Positions 36,000-50,523 are shown, counted from the whole stretch's first letter. The stretch: DNA of 60,545 bases, filler included, from Dugesia japonica (GCA_001938525.1; 6 parts of 6 records of this genome joined end to end with filler, not necessarily neighbours in it), one strand, 5' to 3'. Program-made: numbers and translations. Notes: generated from the sequence alone by a model not told the origin.

Positions 36000-37765
36000 T
36001 GTATAAGCNTAGGTTTGAGTATGTTTTGAGCGAGTTGAAATTTTTCTGTGGTTGCTGATCGTTTTTCTTGAAATCTTTTTTGAAAAAGATTTAAATTGAA
36101 ATGAAAAATAAAATGACGAATAACTAATTGTTTTTCAATTTTAATAAGTAAACAGAAAATTTATTTTTAAAAAATCTGTTTTAAAACATCAAATGACTAA
36201 TAAATGATTGTTTTAAATTTTGAAATTAAAAAGAAAATTNNNNNNNNNNNNNNNNNNATTTTAAAAATCTTAATAAAAAATCAAATGGCTTTAAATAAAT
36301 TTTTTAAAAAATCTTAAGAAACGATCACCAATTAAAAACAGGAATTTAATTTTTTTAAAAACTCAATTAGTTTTGTTATAGTTTTTTATATTAATAAATC
36401 GTTGTAATGAATTTGAATTCTGATGTTAATGATTCGATGAGTTTTCAAGACTCAACTAACATGGTGGCAGCGGTATACACCGATGCAATCACAGAAAAGT
36501 TGTTGCCAAAAATATTTTGCAGAGGCGATTATCTAGAGAAGTTTATCAAACGGTGTGAAATATACACCGAGGTGAAGAACATCGTTATTAAGAAAGATCA
36601 GAAACATTGGGTAACATATATGCTTCATGAAGATTTAATGGAAGCATATGTAAAAACATTGAAGAAAGCGGACAGATATCGAGAGAGATTGCAATTAGCT
36701 TTTGAGAGCAAGAGAGACATAATAAAAGATTTACAGAATCTTGTAAGCTATCAATGTGATGATGAAGAACTTGAGGTGTTTTTTAAAAAAGTGGAAGATT
36801 TTGTCGATAAATATTTAGCAAATGGAGAGCTGACGAATGAAAAACTCTTTTCAAAAATGCTAAAAATTTTTGCAAATAGTACTAAAACAGAAGAAGAGAT
36901 TATCATGTGAAAATTGGAGAAAGTAGAAGACATAAAAGAAACGTTATCTTTGGTTGAAAGAAATAGAAAGAAGAGAACCTATTAATGTAGTAAAGAGTTA
37001 CGCTGGTGTAACACGCGGAGAACGTTTTGAAGAAAGGAGACAAAATATCGAGAGAGTTACAAAAATAACAGAACCACAGTGTTGTACATGCCAGAGTTAT
37101 GGGCCTTCAAAAAGTGAATGTCCAAAAAATTCTCATGTGCAATGTTGGACATGTCACAAAAAAGGGCATTTATATGGGAAGAGATTTATACTCAGAACAG
37201 ATCATAAAGCAATCGTTTTTATACTAAATAACAAGAAGCCGATTACATTACAGTTCCAAATATGGATTAATTATTTGAGCAGTTTAGATATAAAGTTAGA
37301 AAATAGAAAAGGATCGCTTCATACAAATGCGGATATATTGTCAAGGAATGAATGCGGTACATGTGCACAATGTCTAATGTCACATGAAAATCCAAAAAGT
37401 GAAAACCTATAAACAAAGATTTTAAATACAGAAGATTTTTAAGTGAAATAAGGCAATTTTGGTGAGAATGATGAGGGAACATGGATACCTGATGATAAAG
37501 TAGAAGAGGTTATAATGAGGATATACCATCTTTTGTATCATGCTAGAGCAAAAAAGNNNNNNNNNNNNNNAAGCATGAATATAACTCGAAATATTTGTGG
37601 AGCAAAGTACAAGAGGTTGTACGAAGCTGTATAACATGCCAAAAAGCTAAAGTGTTGACAACAAAAACGAAGGAAGAAACAAAAAAGACGCAGTCAGCCG
37701 AAATGTATGAGTTGTTATTTATAGATGTGTGTGAACTAATGCCGGAGACAAGAGGTCGAAAAGCA
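36000..37765 (+). mobile_element. Ty3/gypsy deletion derivative: LTR ~36000-36461, PBS 36462-36474, gag, RNase H tail, integrase start
   Basis: AACA-TGGTGGCAGCGGT is complementary to the tRNA-Leu(AAG)-type 3' end; gag joined in frame to YGKRFILRTDHKA. Confidence 0.9.
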
Positions 37766-39026
37766 CAAAGATAATATATTCAATGTGTGGACGAGAGACT
37801 TACCATTAAAAATGTTCGGGAAGACAGTATTTCCCATGCAGATTGATATGTCACATCAACAAGTAATGTCAATGAATGAATAACATAGTGGGTAATTACG
37901 TAATATATTGTATGAACGTGTTGGGTTCTCATTCAATCCCCAATCCAATCAATTAATTGTTTGACAACTGGCAATTTGATTCTAAGGAACCAAGGAAACA
38001 ATGTAGTAAAATCTGAATTATGTTGATTTTTTTAATTATTAACATTTCATATTTTATTTTTTAATATATTTAAAATTAAATTATTTTTCCTACATGTTTA
38101 CTAAATTTAAATATACAATAATCAAAAAAATTAACGAAGTTGAGCATAATAACGTCCAAATACACAAAATATGGAGCCCAACAATTTTACAAATAGATAA
38201 TTTTTTGTAAACAAAAAAATATTAATCAAAATAATAAAAATTTACCAAGTGAGGACATTACGGGAGATTGATTTCATAAAAAAATTTTTTGACCCTATTT
38301 CTAGTATCTAAAATTTAATATTTTATCCTGAATTGATTAAATAATTGAATTTTCTCTCTAACTTATATGACTGTTGAAGACATTTTTTTGATGAAAAAAA
38401 CAATTGATGAATGGGCAGGTAATCTTTTTGTTTTACTAGAGTTATAATAGGTGATCGAAAAGAAGCTTGATACTGATGGTTCAGAAATACCAGATATTTC
38501 CGGTGAAATACTCTTTCACTGATAATTTATTTTTAGATAGCTACATGTGTTACTAACTTATAGTTTTATTAGAGGAATTTCAAAAAATAGAATTCCTTAA
38601 TTAATATTTTTTTCTGAATTAGAAATTTTCATTGATGGATCTTGTATTTCTTTTGCTGGATATTTTTTCGATAAAAGTTTTAGTTTTAGATAATAAAAGT
38701 TTTAGTTTTAGAGATTTTTAATTAATTTATTTTTTAAAAGGTGGATTTGATCAAATTTGTGGGTTTTTATATACCTCACTTTTTCTTTTGGTATATATTT
38801 TCCATTTGTTTTTAAAACTTTTTAAAATGGTATTTTGGTTGATTTTATTTTTCTTTATTAATATTTCGGAGTTTCTAATAAAATTTTCCTTTTTATTAAA
38901 TATTGGTATATTCTTATAATAACCATTTCAATTTATTATAAACTGGTTTAAGTTAAAAAATTATTTGTGAATTTTTTTGATAACTGAATAGAATTTTTAT
39001 TCCCAATGAAGTTATATGCTTATATC

Positions 39027-39190
39027 TACAGTCGAATCCGTTTAATATAAACCTGCTTACAAAAAACCCCATTTAACGTCATAAAATTTTGTGATCTCAA
39101 CACGTATCCCATTTAAAACGCAGTCATTAAAACCCATATAATATAATAATTGGCCTAATATCTAAACACTTTCTGGTTCCAAGAGAGAAT
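39027..39190 (+). mobile_element. pogo/Tigger-like terminal repeat
   Basis: TA|CAGTCGAATCCGTTTAAT terminus. Confidence 0.45.
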
Positions 39191-39284
39191 TTGACAATAT
39201 AAACCTCAAGTCACTATCATATACATATATATATATCACGAAACCCATAGTATGCAATCATTTATATGGAAACAATCACGTGTT

Positions 39285-39316
<32 letters not shown>

Positions 39317-39347
39317 CGCATACAATCATGTGTATGTAACGTACCTA

Positions 39348-39790
39348 CAGGCCTGCATCTGAGCACATGGCCGCTTGTGTGCAAAGACTTTATCGACGGC
39401 TCTATGTAGTAAAGAAAACTAATTTACTGGGTAGTAATAATAAAGCAATTAAGTTTTAATATTTTAATTTTCATAACATTAATATAATTTACATAAAATA
39501 AGATCGTTTAGGTTTTTTAGGGTGAATAACATCCATATTCAAATTGTCAACCATCTGATGTTCTATAGATATTAAAGCTAAATTTCAAGTAGTTCATCTA
39601 ACATCGTTGACCTTCGATAATATTTAATAAGTTTTAACAGTGTGCTATTCGACGTGTTTTGAAGTCTACTTCATTCTTATTATTTGAAATTCCAATAAGA
39701 GAGTCATAATTTTGCACAATATGATACCTCAAAGGTTTATGATATCAATTCGACTAGATTAACGTCTTTCACTTAAAGGTTTTTAAGTTA
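39348..39790 (-). mobile_element. hAT transposase C-terminal dimerisation domain remnant and element end
   Basis: LKLIKYYRRSTMLDE...LALISIEH...NLNMDVI (frameshifted); CAGGCC terminus. Confidence 0.7.
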
Positions 39791-40195
39791 AATTAGTCAT
39801 ATATTTTTTATAACAGACCATCTTTTGGTTGAACTAAAAAGAGATACGCATATTTATTGTACTAAGTAAAAAAACTTGCGTACATTTATAGTATAAATGG
39901 ATAAAGAGCTTGCATCTTTAATGTTAGGATTGCATTATAATGTTTACATATGGACAATTTAGTTTTGCAAAAATGCTGGTGATGGTATGCCTAATTTAAA
40001 CTGTTTAACCAATCAGTTTGTAGTATCCAAGCTGTTAATATAAGTTGTGTTGCTTAAAAATTTGAAGTAATTACACTTAGAAGTATGTACTGTTGCTACT
40101 TGCAAATATAACATGCACCTCTGTTCGAAAACTCAGATTTTCGGTGGCCACTTATTTTTTATGTTATGCAGTTTAAACTGTATTTTAATGTTGTT

Positions 40196-40340
40196 GGGGT
40201 TCTACCTGAGTCGGAAAAGTGACTGGGGAAAAACAGTCCTCAGGTGAACCCTTTCAAGAATTTAGCCCTACCGTCCCTTTGGTAGGTTTTCAGTTTATTG
40301 TGGTTGACCTTACCCTTGATGGAAGGTGCGCGCCAATAAA
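40196..40340 (+). pseudogene. Module gene D homolog
   Basis: gtgactggggaaaaacagtcctcaggtgaaccctttcaagaattta vs gtgactggggtaacgcagtcctcagcggaaaccctcgaagaattta (3690-3735, -). Confidence 0.55.
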
Positions 40341-40438
40341 NNNNNNNNNNGGGTTCTATATATTTTCCCTACTGTTATTTGGTGATAATTAAAAATCTTT
40401 ATTATTCGAATCAAAATATTTATTTATTAACAACACAC

Positions 40439-40660
40439 TTATAACAAATCCAAGGCTTCTGGATCCAGCCATTGGTCAGGGGTAGTGGTGATGAAATTAA
40501 ACATCGCTATTTAATCATCTTCATCCCACTGGGATGTATTTGGGTTCCCAAGCTGACGCGACAAGTCAGCGATATATTGTTTCAAAGATTCCACCTTGCG
40601 TTGCAGCAAAAGTTTGTTTTCCGCCTCCAATGCTTTAGTTTGGGTTGCTAAGTCTGATTG
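40439..40660 (-). pseudogene. Module gene C homolog, 3' part, one internal TAA
   Basis: KVESLKQYIADL...W...FNF...QW...E...L*; ungapped match to the 3' part of 3283-3540. Confidence 0.7.
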
Positions 40661-41354
40661 CNNNNNNNNNNNNNNNNNNNNNNNNNNNNNNNNNNNNNNN
40701 NNNNNTTAATTAATTAANNNNNNNNNNNNNNNNNNNNNNNNNNNNNNNNNNNNNNNNNNNNAGAATTTACTTATTACTTAAAATTAAAATAAAAATTAGA
40801 AAAATAAAATAAAATAAATGGTACCCTTAGAATGCTAATGCGTAACACCAATGATTTGTTTAGCGTTACTGCTATAAATTTTTTTGTTCAAAAGTTTAGT
40901 GTCTTATGATTGACTTTTGTTCAGTATTTATATAACTTTTAAGATTGGTTTCAATCTACACAAAATTATAATACCAAGTTAATAAAATTTTATTTCTTTA
41001 TTAAAATTAGTTATTTTTTAAACTTTAAAATAGAACGGAATAATAAAAAAAATATCTAAATATTATAATTATTATAATTATATATTAAGTAATTTTTTAC
41101 TAACCTTGAATTATAATAAATAAAATCCTTAAATAATAACTTTGAATTATGAATAAAATTCTTAAATAAATAATCTTGAATTACTTAAACAAAATAAACA
41201 AAAACTGTATATATAAAATTTATTGAATTGATTAACGTAAGCCTAGCTTATGATGCTATAAAATTATTTCGCGTGGGATTTTAGGATGGCTTCAAGTATT
41301 ATTGCTCCTTTATATTTTATGAAAAAAATCGGTGATACAATACCGCCGTCCAAG

Positions 41355-41600
41355 TTTTCATGCTTCAATTGTTTAATATCAGTTAGCTGATTTATGCTTT
41401 ACAAATACAGAAGATTATGTTTAAATGACAAAGTTGCAGGAATTATTTATCCTGAAGATGTTTATTTACCATTTAATAAATTTCATTTTAAAAATAAAGT
41501 TCCAGTAGGTTTAAGTGCAGACTTAAAAGTATATATTATTGAACGAGAAAAAATTCACGATAATGCTACAAAGGAAATATTGTGTTTATTAGTTAAATTC
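41355..41600 (+). mobile_element. Maverick protein-primed DNA polymerase B N-terminal remnant
   Basis: CFNCL...LC...IIYPE..YLPFNKFHFKNKVPVGLSADLK, resembling the pPolB CxxCL...KVPFVIYADFE motif. Confidence 0.6.
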
Positions 41601-41663
41601 AAAACCTCAAAACTCTCCATAAATTTTATTTACTATTACAAGCGTATTTGATTAAAATAAACA

Positions 41664-44600
41664 TGTCAAGAATAATTCATAGTATTCAAACAAAAATTCT
41701 AAGAAATATTTCAATAAAATAATAAATATTCTACTTTACATAAAAATTTATAAAATATTTTACCAAATATTTCATTAAATAAATTTAAAATATTGACTTT
41801 TAATTTAATGAAATATCTCATTTTACATAAAAATTTCATTAAATATTTTACTTATTAATTTCAAAAATAAATTAAAAATATCGATTTAATTTTATGGAAT
41901 ATTTTATTTTACATATGTTTTAAAAATAAATTTTAATATTATATTTATAAAAATTAAAGAAAGATTTCACCGATATTTTAATCCATGAATAATTCTTACA
42001 TTCCCCCTTTAAAATATTTATTAATCTTTTCCACATTTCTTTCAATCCTCTTGCTTCTGAACTCTTTAGCAGATATCGTCTTTCATGAACTTGTTTTATC
42101 ACCTAGTATGGACCTGTATATCTTTCTTTGTCTTTTGATCTGTTTTCCACCTTGATTAGCACATCGTCTCCAACTTGAAAATGTCTCTTTGTTGGTGTCA
42201 ACTCTCCAGATTCTTCATTCTTTTCTCCATTATTGAACTATCTTTCTCTATGTATTTTCTTACTGAATATCACTCCTGCTGGACTTATGCCCAAAGTCTT
42301 CTGGCTTGTTCCATTTAGTTTATATTCAATTTCTGGTATTAACTCTGCCCAATTTTTATTCTTTTTATCTTTTAATGCTGCATTGATGTAATCTCAAATC
42401 GTTCTGAATTGCCGCTCTACTATTTCATTTGTATTATGATGATATGGACTTGATAAGCCAATTGTTAAATTCATTGAATCTGTCATCTCTTTGAAGGCTT
42501 ACGATTCGAATATCTTTTCACAATCTTCATGTATCTCTTTTGGGGCACCAAATCTCAGTATCCATTTATCTATAATCGTTTTCTTTATTGATTCCTCATC
42601 TTGTTTAACTAGGGCTGTTAAGCATATGTATCTGCTAAATTTATTTATTATGACACATATATATATCTTTTCCTTCCTTAGGTTTCTTGTAATGGCCAAC
42701 AGATATCAATATAAATAATCTCAAATGGTTCATTAGCCTTTAATTTTATAGTTTCCTCCTTTGTTCCAACTGTTGTTACTTTGTGCATTTAGCAAGATGT
42801 ACATTCTTTAATTACTTTTGACAATTTTTATCTCAAATCTTCCATATCATATTCATTGTTAAAATAATTTATGACTTTTTCCGTGCCTGCATGCACCTAT
42901 AAATTATGCATTTCTTTTACCATTTGAATTTTCTTTTCTGACGAGATCCATATTTTATCGTCTTTTGTTTTTATTATATCTACTATTAATCAAAACTTTT
43001 TACATGTTTCATTTTTCATATCATTCTTTATCTGTTCAATTTCTTCTACGTTACTTTGCCATTTATATGTATCTGAATTTGATATACCAATAATTGTTCT
43101 TGTCTTTATTTTTCCTTCCTTTGGATTCTCATAATCTGTTAAACATTGTACACACGTACCACAATTCATTTTCGACAGCATATCTGCATTCGTGTGCTTC
43201 GCACCTTGTTCACATTCCAATACCATATCCAGGCTACTAAGAAAATTCTTCCAAGTCTGAAATTGCGGAGTAATTGTTTGTCTTTTTCATAAATGCTATA
43301 GCCTTTTGGTCTGTTTTCACCAAAAAATCTTTTTCCATACAAATAATGTTTAAAATGGTTACCAAATTAGTAAATGGCCAATAATTACTTTCTTGTTATA
43401 CAATATCCTTTTTCATGAGCTGACATTGCATGTGACCCATATGCAATGACTTGTTCTACACCTTTTCATCTATTTGTGATAAGACTGCTCCAATCGCATC
43501 AAAACTCGCCTCTGTATCTAGTACAAACTTCCTTTTGATATCTGGAAAGCTCAATATCGGGGCTTTTGTTAATGCCTCTTTCATCTCATTAAAAGCTTTA
43601 TCACAATTTTCAGACCACACAAGTTTTTTATTGTTACTTCCACACAGCTCTTCCAAGCTTCTAGCTTTCTTTGAGTAATTATTGATAAATCGTCTATAGT
43701 AATTGCATATTCCCAAAAAGCATCTTAAGTTCTTCACACATTTAGATCTTCTGAAATTTTATATAGCTTCAATTTTTGTTCGATCAGTTTGGACAACATT
43801 CATTTCTATAATATGTCCTATAAATTGAATTCTGCTCGCAATAAATTATTTTTTCCGGATTAATTCTCAATCCTGATTCTTGAATTCTTTTAAAAACTTG
43901 GTCAAAAATTCAATACTGCTGCTCTAAATTTTCTGAAAATATCAATATATCATCAATGTATACTATTGTTCCTCTCAAATTTCCTAATACTTTTGTCATT
44001 AATTCTTAAAACGTTCCAGGTGCTGCAGCTATACCGAAAGGCATTCTTGTGAAACAATACTGTTCATTGTTTGTAGAGAATGCTGTTTTCTCTTGTGAAT
44101 CTTTATGTAACGGAACTTGATAATATGCATTACCCAAATAGTACTAAAATATCTTGCACCACGTAAATTGTCTAGTATTTTCTCTACACTGCACATCAGA
44201 AATGCCTGTCTTTCTGTGATTGCATTCAGATTTCTAAAATCTAGACATAATCTAACGTCTTTCCTTTCTTTTTATCAAACATATATTAAATGAGTGTTCC
44301 ATTGCAAATAACACTTTCTAATAATGCCATTGTCAAACAAATTCTTGATAGCTTCATCTATCTTGTTCTCTAAATGTATTGGTTGTCTCCATGGTTCTCC
44401 ATTTGTGATTATTTGATGTTCTGCCATTGTTGTTCTGCTGATAGCCCAGTTGTCTGCCATGAATATTCTTTTATAAATTATTATAACTGTCTTCAAATTC
44501 TCGTTAGGCTTGTTAATCAATATTTTTATTGCTGTCTGTACTCTATCTTCCTCCGTTGTATTGCGTCCATACTTTGCTTCTATATTTCAAAGATACATTT

Positions 44601-45040
44601 CCTTGTCCTCACATTTAGTCTCTCTCAGCAGTTGGAATCCGAACTGTTTATGAAATTCCATTCCTCCTATTAGATCTGGATGTATCTGTTTCACGACAAC
44701 GAATTTAACTGGTTTTCTTTTATTCTCGAATTCCACTTCTACCTTTATCGTAACTTCTATTTCGAGCGGACTATTATTGGCACATCTTAAATTGTCTTCG
44801 CTTTTAAATATAATAACCTTTCCCAATCTTTTCAAAATTCTCAAACTCATCACATTAATTCTTCTCCCAGTGTCTAACAAGCAATCAACGTTTACGCCTT
44901 GTATTTCGACCGCTATACTTGGTCTACCTTGCATCTTGTCATAACTTATTTCTTGTCGCTTTATTTCTTTTATCGTTAGAATTTCACAATCATCTTCTCC
45001 ATTTATATCATTGATCATCTTTGGTTGGCCTCTAATCAAT
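41664..45040 (-). mobile_element. Decayed Ty3/gypsy pol (PR, RT, RNase H, IN) with PPT 42001-42010 and 3' LTR ~42000-41664
   Basis: LLDTG; VYIDDIL; FLGICNYYRRFI; DTEASFDAIGAVLSQ; YTGPY; AAAGGGGGAA|TGT. Confidence 0.95.
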
Positions 45041-45284
45041 TTTTTCTTAACAAACTTGTAAACCTTTTCTTTTACATTATTGTACTTAGCTACTTGTTTA
45101 TCTTCGTTTCTTTTAAAATATAAGGCCGCAGGCCTAAGATTCGTCTATTATTAATATATTGGTTTTAAAATTTTCTTTTTTATTTTTACAAATATGTTGG
45201 TTAATCTTCCATTTAATACTGATTTTTTTATATAAATAGCAATAGATGAATAACCACAAGCGAAATAATGGAAAAGTAAATTTC

Positions 45285-46210
45285 TAGATATGACCCTATA
45301 TTGATGCGTTAGTGCTCTATCATATCGCGTGGAACAAAGTTTAGAGTATTGCTGTCTATGCTAAATCATGAGTTGAGACAAAATTAAGTAATTGAAAGCC
45401 GACCAGAAGACGATGAAACTACAAATAAGCATCAGAGTAGAAGAACGACAAAACTACATTGCACAACAAAATTGGGCAATGAAATCTGCGGGGAATTAAT
45501 CTAGGAAATTACAGAAGGGTTACCGGTGAATAGCAATGAATGCAGCAGCATACTAGAATTAAAGCGTAGAGTTGGAACATGAACTCAAGGTGCTACAAGA
45601 ATTAATGGACCTTGCGGCTTCATTAAGTGTTTGAAATTCACAAATGACGAATAAATAAATATTGGTAATAATGTTATTTTCGTTGAGTCTGGAGCTTTAA
45701 ATTTTTTGCGTGTTATTAAAGTGATATGTATGTTACTAGTTTGGAGGTTTTGCTAATGTGGCTATGCAGATGCAGAAGTAAATGAAATTAGTCGTGAGTC
45801 GTTGCTAAAACAACAAATACACAAATAGACGACTTCACCTAAATTAAACTGAAATTTTCGTTTGTGTAATGATAACATAATAACGATTAATGTCAATAAT
45901 TTAGTGAATAAACAAAGCGAACAGCGGATGCCGAAGAAAGAAGTGATACTGCTGCTGAAAAATGCAAACTGCGAAATGAAGTATTAAAACTAAAGGGATT
46001 GTAGACAAAATTCGAAAGTAAGCGGCTGCAATTAAAATAATGGGAGTTGGCATTACAGGAGGCCAATCGACTTATGACTGATGGTATAAAAATATACGCT
46101 GAAAGGCAATCAACTTTCTTCACCTCACTTTCAACCTTGTAATTGACGTACCAATCACCGAAAGAAGAAGTAGACAACAAGTAGGAAACAGTTAATTTGG
46201 ACAGCTAATG
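45285..46210 (+). pseudogene. Decayed unknown ORFs, putative homologs of module genes A and B
   Basis: AAEKCK...K....KFE....Q...W...L aligns ungapped with the peptide at 2840-2950. Confidence 0.35.
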
Positions 46211-49200
46211 TAATAAATTTTAGTAGTAGAGCATATTGTTAAATTCATTTTTTGGTTAGGTATGACTTTTAAGAATAAACATTTTATTTTTTATTTTTAA
46301 ATTTATCGCAACTATGAGATACACTGAGCTAGTGTCCAGCAAATCCAATAAAGTACAAAACGCGATACCACAAAGTCGCTCTGGATCCAGGAAATAGGGG
46401 CATGGCACAAAGGTGTCATAAATACTTGCAGTTTCTAGGTTTGCACCTAGACTGATACAACAATTTTGATTGCGTGGATGAAAGTAATTAAAGAAAAAGA
46501 GAAATAAAAACGAATAACAAAAAACTTAGAATTCCAACAAATATCACACTTGACCATTTTAAAACGGACAACATCAATTAAACGAGAATTATAACTATTG
46601 AATATTTGATAATATCGAAAATCAAACTAAAAAAATTATTTAAAATTAAATATGTATGTTTTATATATGTACACGTTTATTAAAAATATATTTTGGAATT
46701 TTTAGATACAGTTTTATTTCTAATATCTACTTTTTTTGAACAAATACTGGAGGGGGGCCACACCAAAAAGAAAATCTCAAAAGGGGGCCACAGGCCAAAA
46801 AAGGTTGAGAAACTCTGGTTTAAATGACCAGTTATGTGAGAACTGATAAATTACAAGTGAATTGCTCGAAATGAAAATTTTATTTAAATTATTAGCAACA
46901 TTGAGGAACAGAAATGTGATAATTGTTTAAACGATCCGAATCGAAAATGAATTAATTGTTTAAATTGATGAGAAAATATAGAGTATGAATATTGATTAAT
47001 GAATTTGTGAACAATCTTAACATAATAAATGCGATTTTAGATCAATTATTGAGAGCAGGATCATCTGGAAAAATATTATTTAATTGGATATTAATGAATT
47101 TATTTTAATGAAATTAGAAAATTTAATTTTATGTCACTCGGATTATGTAAGAATTTATGAAATTTTATTTAATAATGTTCTTTTATCATGCGCATTAATA
47201 TTTTCTTTTTAAAATTATGCAATATATTTAATAATTTTATAATATTAATATTATTATGATGTTCTCCAGCCAGTAGCTGGTAACAAAAATGTTTTAAATA
47301 CTTTTCCGTTATAATTTCCCGTAAATATTTTTGTAATAACCTTTCTGTAAATCTTTAGAGTAAAAACTTAGTAATAATTTGTATAAATATTTGTGTAGGG
47401 AGTTTGATTAACAGTTTGGGTAATGGCTTTAGTAAATAATGAAGTAACGACTTGAGTAACGAAATAAAAAGAGCACTGGGATTAATTTTTAATTTTTTTT
47501 AGTTTTTGAACTTTAATTGATATAAATATTAGTTGCTATTCATATTAATGTAATAAACGTTATAGGTAGTATTAATTGTATTAATAATTATAAATTATAA
47601 TTATGAATTTGAAAATTAATAATTTTTGAAATTATTTTTATATCATTCAACTGGGAATTAAAACCTGAATTTATTTTATATAAGACTTTCTATGTTAACA
47701 AGTCAATTTACATTTTTAAAGTAATAGTATATGTTATTATTTGCTATTATTATTATTTTGATTTTAGTATATAGTTAAGCTGAAAACATGTCTATGCAGT
47801 ATTCGATTCTCTAAAATAAATTTAAATGATCAAGTAATAATCAATATTCTCTTCCCTAGGATGAATAATTTATTTTAAAAAAATGTGATGCTTCTTTTAT
47901 AATTTCCAAAGAATTAGATGAAAATACACATGATAATAATAATAAATATTTGATAGCAGAGAAAATCAAAGGTTACAACATATTTGTGAGTACTAATAGC
48001 ACAATATGAAAAATAAAAATTATTAAAACTGTTTAAGAAACAATAAATATTCTTTGATAAATTTTGACTTTATTTAGATTTATATTATATGTTGTAATTT
48101 GAATTAATAAATAATTGTTTACATGATTCTCCTAAATATTTAAAAAATTTTAAACCAAGTCAATTTTGAGATTGCCATATAAATTTTAAAATAAATTAAG
48201 ATGGTTAACTGATTAGATAAAGTTTAGATCACTAGGGTCTTATTTTATAAGATATCTTCAGTTTTTTTGTATAAGCGATTAAACTTAATAAACCTATTAA
48301 ACTCAACAGATACAACAAACCAATACATACATACAACGAACAATATACATATAATAAAACAAACACATACACATTCGAAACACAACATACCAATACATAT
48401 AATAAAACAAATAGACTTAATACATCCAATACAATAAAGTTATTAAATCATGTTATAATATCATAAAAATCATTCCTCCTTAACACATTTTCATAAATTT
48501 ATTTATTTTAATTTTTTATAAAATTTAAAATGCGCATGAAATAAACGATCATTTTAAACTTTACATTCGTATTTTTATAATTTTTATGCACTCTGTAATT
48601 ATTTTATAAATATTTTTTTGTTTCATATTTTAAATTTCAAAAAAAATAATATATACAATTGCAATTATTGCGAGAATAATTATTGGACGTAACCATTGAT
48701 CGTTTTTTAGAATTCATTTAAAATAAAAGCTTCAATCAAAAATTTTTTATCGAAGCTTTTATTTTAAATGAAAAATAGTAAAAATTAATTTATTTCTTAA
48801 AATTAATACATTTGTTTAAATTTGATTTTAACTTTAATTTTAATTTTGTATACATTTTATATTTATCAACGTTTTAAATATTGCTCTATTTTCCGCCTAT
48901 GATAAAAACATTCCTATTAATTTTACCATTTAATTTCATCGTTTTGATAACAGGTTAATTAACAATTTTTATAATTAAATTATGAAAAAATGCATTTTTT
49001 AATTGTAGAAATCTCCNNNNNNNNNNNNNNNNNNNNNNNNNNNNNNNNNNNNNNNNNNNNNNNNNNCAATAAAGTTATTAAATCATGTTATAATATCATA
49101 AAAATCATTCCTCCTTAACACATTTTCATAAATTTATTTACTTTAATTTTTTATAAAATTTAAAATGCGCATGAAATAAACGATCATTTAAACTTTACAT

Positions 49201-49687
49201 TCGTATTTTTATAATTTGTATGCACTCTGTAATTATTTTATAAATATTTTTTTGTTTCATATTTTAAATTTCAATAAAAATAATATATACAATTGCAATT
49301 ATTGCGAGAATAATTGTTGGACGTAACCATTGATCGTTTTTTAGAATTCATTTAAAATAAAAGCTTCAATCAAAAATTTTTTATCGAAGCTTTTATTTTA
49401 AATGAAAAATAGTAAAAATTAATTTATTTCTTAAAATTAATACATTTGTTTAAATTTGATTTTAACTTTAATTTTAATTTTGTATACATTTTATATTTAT
49501 CAACGTTTTAAATATTGCTCTATTTTCCGCCTATGATAAAAACATTCCTATTAATTTTACCATTTAATTTCATCGTTTTGATAACAGGTTAATTAACAAT
49601 TTTTATANNNNNNNNNNNNNNNNNNNNNNNNNNNNNNNNNNNNNNNNNNNNNNNNNNNNNNNNNNNNNNNNNNNNNNNNNNNNNNNN

Positions 49688-50523
49688 CAATAGGGCTCAA
49701 GGAAAAAGTCATGTTTACTTGTAAAGTATTTCAAAGGCCAAAAAATGGCCTTCCAGTTAATGTTTTGATAAATGACAGACTGATATCAGAAAATTGTTTC
49801 GTTTTTGATAATAAAACATTTAAGATGAGTTGCTTANATGATATGGAATATAATTTGACAATAAACGAATTTGATTGGGTACATCAAGGCAAATGGGCGT
49901 GTAGTTTTAACACAGAAAAGAAATATGTTCATGTGAATATGAATGGTATACATATAGTCACTATATTATAGTGTTTAATATTTCTTTTCATAAATATATA
50001 CTGATATGTTCATTTAGCCTCTAGTAATGTATCAATTTCAATTACTCTGAAACCTGTTTCAGAGATCTCGCCGAATTTAGGATCTGAATTTTTTCACTTG
50101 AAACCTAGAAGAATTCATCAATTGAATGGTCGAGGTGTCAAATTAAATCCTTATGATTTACGGGGAAATATTTCAGTAAAAATAATTTGTAAATCTGATT
50201 GCAGTTATCCAGCTGTCAATCATTCATTTACTTTCCAAAATGCTGTAAGTATTTATTGACTGATTAATTAATTCATTAATTACTTAAATTTGGAATTAAG
50301 TCAAATTTCTTGATGAATTTTGATTATCATTCATTTAATGTTGGAAATTATTTGTGTGACAATAAAACAAACACATCTTCATCTACTAGCTCACTCGAAT
50401 TCAATTGTTTCCAATACAAACTGCGAGGACTCTTTAATTTGACATGTTCAACATTTAATTCCAATTATAATATATCGCAATTGAAAATTTCTCAAGGAAA
50501 TATTTATATTTTGTGCCCCAGCA
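49688..50523 (+). CDS. Immunoglobulin-superfamily protein, internal exons <49688-49945, 50018-50244, 50301-50523
   Basis: FTC...YNLTINEFDWVHQGKWACSF and IICKSDCSYP...FNLTCST; GT-AG introns of 72 and 56 bp keep the frame. Confidence 0.7.

Noticed and set aside
48432-49607. ~540-bp direct duplication
   Set aside because: Near-identical copies flank an N gap, typical of an unmerged contig overlap or haplotype artefact.
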